Source of the DNA: Flavobacteriales bacterium
GTDB taxonomy: Bacteria > Bacteroidota > Bacteroidia > UBA10329
Assembly: GCA_021739625.1 (NCBI GenBank)
Contig: JAIPBJ010000004.1
Coordinates: 1,335-65,334, forward strand
Direction: 5' to 3'
DNA length: 64,000 bases
The position numbers and the translations under genes are program-made. Below are positions 58,693-64,000 of the stretch, piece after piece. Each line of letters begins with the position of its first letter. The first letter of the stretch is position 1. A model generated the notes under the pieces. That model was not told the DNA's origin and made no database searches. It saw only the letters and a list, made by a program, of their open reading frames with translations.

Positions 58693-60225
58693 TTGCGTGA
58701 ACTATTCGCAAAGGCAATGTTCAATGGTGTGGTCACTTGGCTGATGAAGAAGCGCAAGCATCAGCGCGAACTTTTTCTCAACTATCCTTTCGATGTGCAG
58801 GCCGATGTGCTGAGGAATCTTGTGGACAGGGCTGCCGACTCCGAGTTCGGTCGGAGACACGGATTCTCTTCCATCGGAACAAAAAATGAATTCAGACAGC
58901 ACGTGCCCTTGCAGGACTATGACTCGCTCAAGCCATACATAGACCGCCACCGCAAGGGCGAGCCGAATGTGCTCTGGCCCTCGCCCATCCGCTGGTTCGC
59001 CAAGTCGAGCGGCACAACCAGCGACCGCAGCAAGTTCATCCCCGTGAGTCAGGAGGCCCTCGAAGACTGCCACTTCAAGGGAGGAAAGGACATGCTGAGC
59101 ATCTACTGTCAGAATTTCCCGGAAACGAAGATCTTCTCTGGCAAAGGACTTTCCATCGGGGGCAGCCACCGTGTGGACGAATCGAATGCCGAGGTGTTCT
59201 ATGGCGACCTTTCGGCAGTGCTGCTTCAGAACCTCCCGCTGTGGACTGAGCTTTATCGCACCCCCCGGCTCGAAGTGGCCCTCATGGACGAATGGGAGGC
59301 CAAGCTCGATGAGATGGTGCGCATAACCCTGCAGCAGGACATCACCAACATTCAAGGCGTGCCATCATGGACGCTCGTGCTCTTGAACAAGGTGCTGGAG
59401 GTGTCCGGAAAGAAGAACATCCGCGAGGTCTGGCCCAATCTGGAGGTGTTCTTTCACGGGGCGGTCAGTTTTCTTCCTTATAGAAAGCAGTTCGAGGCCA
59501 TGATCGGCAGTCCGGGCATCAACTATATGGAGACCTACAACGCTTCGGAGGGATTCTTCGCCATGCAGGACCGCCCCGCATCGGACGACATGCTCCTGAT
59601 GCTGGACTATGGCATCTACTACGAGTTCATCCCCATGGACGAATGGGACAGCCCCGAACCGCGCACCCTGCTGCTCGAAGAGGTGGAAATGGGCCCCAAC
59701 TATGCGGTGGTCATCAGCACCAATGCAGGGCTGTGGCGATACCGCATTGGCGACACGGTCATGTTCACCTCCCTGCGTCCGCACCGCATCCACATCACCG
59801 GGCGCACCAGGCATTTCATCAATGCCTTCGGAGAGGAGGTCATCATCGACAATGCCGAACACGCATTGCAGACGGCCTGCGACCGCACCGGGGCACTCAT
59901 CCGCGAATACACCGCAGGGCCCCTCTATCTCGATGGCAACGCCAAGGGCCGCCACGAATGGCTCATAGAGTTCGCCAAGTTGCCGGACGAGATGGACTGT
60001 TTCACCGACACGCTGGACACGGCCCTCAGGTCCATCAACTCAGACTATGATGCCAAGCGCTATCGCGACATGGTGCTCGAACGTCCGCTGGTGCGCAGCC
60101 TCCCCAAGGGCACCTTCTACAACTGGCTTAGAAGCAAGGGCAAACTGGGCGGGCAGCACAAGGTGCCGCGGCTCAGCAATGACAGGAGGTATCTGGATGA
60201 GATCGGTACGAGGTCCGCTCAATGA
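58693..60225 (+). CDS. GH3 auxin-responsive family acyl-adenylate ligase-like protein
   Basis: KSSGTT, ETYNASEG, GLWRYRIGD, GGQHKVPRL; start may be 58717. Confidence 0.92.
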   Translation: MRELFAKAMFNGVVTWLMKKRKHQRELFLNYPFDVQADVLRNLVDRAADSEFGRRHGFSSIGTKNEFRQHVPLQDYDSLKPYIDRHRKGEPNVLWPSPIRWFAKSSGTTSDRSKFIPVSQEALEDCHFKGGKDMLSIYCQNFPETKIFSGKGLSIGGSHRVDESNAEVFYGDLSAVLLQNLPLWTELYRTPRLEVALMDEWEAKLDEMVRITLQQDITNIQGVPSWTLVLLNKVLEVSGKKNIREVWPNLEVFFHGAVSFLPYRKQFEAMIGSPGINYMETYNASEGFFAMQDRPASDDMLLMLDYGIYYEFIPMDEWDSPEPRTLLLEEVEMGPNYAVVISTNAGLWRYRIGDTVMFTSLRPHRIHITGRTRHFINAFGEEVIIDNAEHALQTACDRTGALIREYTAGPLYLDGNAKGRHEWLIEFAKLPDEMDCFTDTLDTALRSINSDYDAKRYRDMVLERPLVRSLPKGTFYNWLRSKGKLGGQHKVPRLSNDRRYLDEIGTRSAQ

Positions 60226-61820
60226 CCCACCACCACCACCCGCTGCACCGACATCCCGGTGCCGTTGTCAAGCGAGAGCGTGTAAGGCCCCGGGGCCAGA
60301 CCCGATACGGTGTGGACGGTTCCTGTGAAACGCTGCTCCGATACCCGTTTTCCCTGCGCATCCATCACAGTAAGGACCCAATTGCCCGGGGCAGTGGTAC
60401 GCACCGCGAAATCGCTGACAGCAGGATTGGGATGCACAAGGAACAACTGCCGCCCTCCCGGCCCGGTCAGGCCTATGGGCTCGCACGGATCGGCTGCGGG
60501 GTTCAGCGCGGCCGCCATGTCCAACCGCTTTCCGATCTTGCCTGCATAGTCGCTGTTGGTGCCCATGGCCTCTATGTCCACCGCGCTGGCCAGAAGAAGG
60601 TCGGCTGTTTCAAGGGCGGTCAGGCAGGTGAACTGCGACCGCACGAGTCCTGCCGCGCCCGACACCTGCGGGGCCGCATAGCTTGTGCCGCCCGTGGTGG
60701 TATAGATGGGACTGGCGCCCGGGGTGCCGCCCAGCGTGGCCGTGCTGAACACGTAGAAGCCCTGTGCGCACAGATCCACACTGTCGGCCCAAGTGAAGGT
60801 GGGATTGCTGCCGTTGTTGAACACATCGCTGTTGTGAACCCCGGTGACGCTCAGTGCGTTGGCGAAGGATGCTGGGTAACGGAACTCTTCGAAGGGCTCA
60901 TTGCCAGCTGCGGCCACCACCAGTGCGTCCATGTTGAAGGTGGCATAATTCACTACATCCTGACCCAGATTGCTGAAGGTGGTGGTGCCCCAAGAGCAGT
61001 TGATGACCTTGCAATCGCGGTCGGCACAATAGGTGATGGCCTCATAGCCATCGGCCGTGGAAATCTCCCCTATACTGTTGCCGATCTTCACCGGCAGATA
61101 CTTGCAGTTGTAACCCACGCCTGCGATGCCGATGCCGTTGTCGGTCGAGGCCGATTGCACCGCCAGCACGCCCGTGCCGTGCCAGTTGTTGGCCACGAAC
61201 AGGTTGTTGTCGTTGCTCTCAATGTCCCAGCCGGCATAGTTGTCAATGAATCCGTCCAGGTCGTTGTCCGCCCCGTCAATGGTGTCGCCCCAATTGTATT
61301 TGAGGTTGTCCTGCAGGTCCTGATGCAGCAGGTCGAAGCTGGTGTCGGTGATGCCGATGACCACGTTGGTGTCGCCCTGCGAAACATCCCAGGCAGCGAA
61401 GGCACCGATTTGGACAAGGTGGTCCTGCGAACCGATGGAAGGGTCGTTGGGCGTGCTGAACGATATGGAGTAGGTGGTATGTTCCACCCAGTCGAAGCGT
61501 CCTGAGGCCATCAGCTTCGCGGTGGCGGCCCGCAGGTCGGCATGGGGTGGCAGATGAAGGCGGAAGGTGCGCGTCAGATCGGCCCATGCATTGCCACGGT
61601 CATCGGTGCGGCCATCGGGTGCTTCGGCCCTTGGGAACATCTGCCGCACGCTTTGCACTTCCATCCCTGCGAATGTTTCCCATTGCGCCCCATCGCGGAG
61701 CAGATTCTGTTTGAATTCGGGTCTTATTTTGAGGATGATGATGCCCGGAACGATGTCTGTCTGTGCAAGGGCAGCGAAGGGGATCAGCAGCAGGAGCAGT
61801 GCGATGGGAAGGTTTCTCAT
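60219..61820 (-). CDS. S8 subtilisin-family protease with T9SS C-terminal domain
   Basis: Catalytic D (ITDT), H (HGTG), S (GTSYAAP); VHPNPA tail. Confidence 0.92.
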   Translation of the reverse strand: MRNLPIALLLLLIPFAALAQTDIVPGIIILKIRPEFKQNLLRDGAQWETFAGMEVQSVRQMFPRAEAPDGRTDDRGNAWADLTRTFRLHLPPHADLRAATAKLMASGRFDWVEHTTYSISFSTPNDPSIGSQDHLVQIGAFAAWDVSQGDTNVVIGITDTSFDLLHQDLQDNLKYNWGDTIDGADNDLDGFIDNYAGWDIESNDNNLFVANNWHGTGVLAVQSASTDNGIGIAGVGYNCKYLPVKIGNSIGEISTADGYEAITYCADRDCKVINCSWGTTTFSNLGQDVVNYATFNMDALVVAAAGNEPFEEFRYPASFANALSVTGVHNSDVFNNGSNPTFTWADSVDLCAQGFYVFSTATLGGTPGASPIYTTTGGTSYAAPQVSGAAGLVRSQFTCLTALETADLLLASAVDIEAMGTNSDYAGKIGKRLDMAAALNPAADPCEPIGLTGPGGRQLFLVHPNPAVSDFAVRTTAPGNWVLTVMDAQGKRVSEQRFTGTVHTVSGLAPGPYTLSLDNGTGMSVQRVVVVGH

Positions 61821-61850
61821 GGCGGGATGGTTTGACGGGATGAAGTTAGC

Positions 61851-62306
61851 TCAATCGCCCGTGAGCTGGGTGTGGGTGGGTATGGCATCCAGAAAGTGCA
61901 GCGCCCCGTCCTGCACACGGCAGCAGAAGTGCTGCATCCCATTGCTGATGAGCAGATGCCCTGCCTGTATGTGACGGTTGTAGCGGCCGGCCTGAAAGAG
62001 GGTCTCGCGGTTCAAAGGCTCATCGGGGGCCTTGCATTCCACCAGCATGAGGGCAGTGCCCTGGCTGTCGTGGATGCTGATGTCGGCCCGCTGCGTGCGC
62101 GCTCCGCCCTTCACCTGCCGTTCCATCCTCATCAGCGATAGCGGATGGCCCAGACCGTGGTGCAGGTGGGCCGTCAGATGCTGCCGCACCCATTCTTCGG
62201 GCGTCAGCACCACCCATTTCCTGCGCACCATGCACAGCACCATGGGCCGGCCATCGCGCATCTCAGTGCGCAGTGGGCAGGCGGGGAGGTTGAGCGGTGG
62301 GAACAT
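61851..62306 (-). CDS. Stand-alone HsdR N-terminal domain protein
   Basis: RRKWVVLTPEEWVRQH, RADI, VECKAP, Q..RYN, SNG. Confidence 0.88.
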   Translation of the reverse strand: MFPPLNLPACPLRTEMRDGRPMVLCMVRRKWVVLTPEEWVRQHLTAHLHHGLGHPLSLMRMERQVKGGARTQRADISIHDSQGTALMLVECKAPDEPLNRETLFQAGRYNRHIQAGHLLISNGMQHFCCRVQDGALHFLDAIPTHTQLTGD

Positions 62307-62420
62307 TTGCGCGCCACTTTGGTTTTCTGACCGAGGCCCTGCGAATGTACACCCCACTCATCATTCCCCACTCCGAACCCCCAACTTCCAACTCCGCACT
62401 TCCAACCCTAATTTAGCCGC

Positions 62421-63134
62421 ATGTCCGAAGTCATCCGCACAGAGCATCTTGCCAAGGTCTATCGCATGGGCACCGAAGAGGTCCACGCCCTCCGCGATGT
62501 GAGCATCACCATCCGAAAAGGCGAATATGTCGCCCTCATGGGCCCATCGGGGTCGGGCAAATCCACCCTCATGAACATGCTGGGCTGCCTCGGCACCCCG
62601 GCATCGGGCCACTATTACCTCAGCGGGCAGGACGTGAGCCGCATGAACGACAACCAACTGGCCGAGGTGCGCAACAAGCAGATCGGCTTCGTGTTCCAGA
62701 CCTTCAATCTGCTGCCCCGTTCCACCGCGCTCGACAACGTGTGCCTGCCCCTCATCTATGCCGGAAAGCCCAAGGGCGAGCGCTTGGTCCGTGGCCGTCA
62801 GGTGATGGAGCAGGTGGGCCTGGCCGACCGCATGGACCATCGTCCCAACGAACTCTCGGGCGGTCAGCGCCAACGCGTGGCCGTGGCCCGCGCTCTGGTA
62901 AACCACCCCGCCATGCTGCTGGCCGATGAACCCACCGGAAACCTCGACTCCAGAACATCGGTCGAGATCATGGGCCTCTTCGAAGAGATCCACCGCAATG
63001 GCAACACCATCATCGTGGTGACCCACGAGGAGGAGATCGCACAGCACGCCCACCGCATCATTCGCCTCAAGGACGGCCTCGTGGAAAGTGACGTGCCCAA
63101 TAGCAGCATCACCACCGTACTGCAGCGCGCATGA
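62421..63134 (+). CDS. ABC transporter ATP-binding protein (LolD/MacB-like)
   Basis: [36 protein letters not shown]. Confidence 0.93.
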   Translation: MSEVIRTEHLAKVYRMGTEEVHALRDVSITIRKGEYVALMGPSGSGKSTLMNMLGCLGTPASGHYYLSGQDVSRMNDNQLAEVRNKQIGFVFQTFNLLPRSTALDNVCLPLIYAGKPKGERLVRGRQVMEQVGLADRMDHRPNELSGGQRQRVAVARALVNHPAMLLADEPTGNLDSRTSVEIMGLFEEIHRNGNTIIVVTHEEEIAQHAHRIIRLKDGLVESDVPNSSITTVLQRA

Positions 63135-63679
63135 AGATTTATACCCGCACTGGCGACAAGGGTACTACCGGCCTCTTCGGAGGTGCGCGCGTGCCCAAGC
63201 ACCATATCCGAATCGAGAGCTATGGCACGGTCGATGAGCTCAACTCCTATATCGGCCTGGTGCGCCACCGCCCCATCGACCCCCGGCAGCAGGAGGTGCT
63301 GGCCGAGGTGCAGGACCGCCTTTTCACCATCGGCTCCATACTTGCATCTGACCCCGCCAAGAAAAACCTCAGTGTGCCCGACCTCCATCAGGCCGATGTA
63401 GAGCTGCTCGAACACGAGATTGACCGGATGAACACCGCCCTGCCCGAAATGCGCTCCTTCATCCTGCCGGGCGGCAACGATACCGTGGCCTTCATTCACA
63501 TCGCCCGATGCGTGTGCCGAAGGGCCGAACGCCTCACCGTGCTGCTCCATCAGAACGAACCCGTTGAACCCTTGGTGCTCACCTACCTCAACCGTCTCTC
63601 CGATTACCTTTTCGTCCTTGCCAGATTTGCCGCACAGCATGATGGCGTGCCCGAAGTGCCTTGGAGACCCCGAAAATAA
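63131..63679 (+). CDS. PduO-type cob(I)alamin adenosyltransferase
   Basis: [33 protein letters not shown]. Confidence 0.95.
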   Translation: MKIYTRTGDKGTTGLFGGARVPKHHIRIESYGTVDELNSYIGLVRHRPIDPRQQEVLAEVQDRLFTIGSILASDPAKKNLSVPDLHQADVELLEHEIDRMNTALPEMRSFILPGGNDTVAFIHIARCVCRRAERLTVLLHQNEPVEPLVLTYLNRLSDYLFVLARFAAQHDGVPEVPWRPRK

Positions 63680-63794
63680 ACGGTTTCATCGGCCACAGCC
63701 ATTTTTTCATCGGGGCATTCGTTCAGTTCATGGAATTTTTAGCTTTGCGCAAATTCCCAAGGGGAGGCTATGCCCTTTGATAAACGTCAAGCAC

Positions 63795-64000
63795 ATGTAT
63801 TGGACACTCGAACTCGCATCAAAATTGGAAGATGCTCCATGGCCCGCCAATAAGGACGAGCTTATCGACTTCGCCATGCGTTCTGGCGCTCCCATGGAGG
63901 TCATCGAGAACCTTCAGGAGATTGAGGACGATGGCGAGATCTTCGAGACCATCGAAGACGTGTGGCCCGACTATCCATCGAAAGAGGACTTCTTTTTCAA
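63795..64000 (+). CDS. DUF2795 domain protein (runs off the window edge)
   Basis: MYWTLELASKLEDAPWPANKDELIDFAMRSGAPMEVIENLQE. Confidence 0.9.
   Translation, partial: MYWTLELASKLEDAPWPANKDELIDFAMRSGAPMEVIENLQEIEDDGEIFETIEDVWPDYPSKEDFFF

Noticed and set aside
61851-62306. Type I restriction-modification system
   Set aside because: Only the stand-alone HsdR_N domain; no hsdM, hsdS or helicase present.
62352-62410. C-rich ~7-bp degenerate repeats (aactcc/acttcc)
   Set aside because: Short low-complexity intergenic tract with no evidence of function.

Overview
Chromosomal segment of a Bacteroidota genome, probably Flavobacteriales-like. This rests on several T9SS type A/B C-terminal sorting domains, TAnnTTTG promoter elements and typical Bacteroidota DUF genes. 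The backbone is housekeeping: hisA, ispD, MlaE/MlaF-type ABC, POT transporter, DPP-IV, carB, riboflavin synthase, ltaE, crcB, secA, tRNA-Leu/Gly, mutS, folK, sppA and PduO. Accessory parts are: (i) a beta-helix / di-heme peroxidase / c4-type cytochrome cluster at the left edge; (ii) a decayed variable region at 3.5-6.8 kb (duplicated hisA 5' end, toxin-antitoxin remnants, hairpin repeats, cassette-like gene); (iii) a two-type 42-bp hairpin tandem array at 20.8-21.5 kb; (iv) two paralogous ~500-aa helical-repeat proteins. One paralog is divergent from a TPR-TPR-LuxR operon and convergent with a lipoprotein + pentein (deiminase-like) pair. The other is divergent from an unannotated 52-aa secreted-type peptide gene that has its own promoter and is followed by a highly structured, terminator-ended RNA. 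That last arrangement is the best candidate for an undescribed, RRNPP/arbitrium-like peptide signalling system. All product calls come from motif recognition by eye, with no database search.
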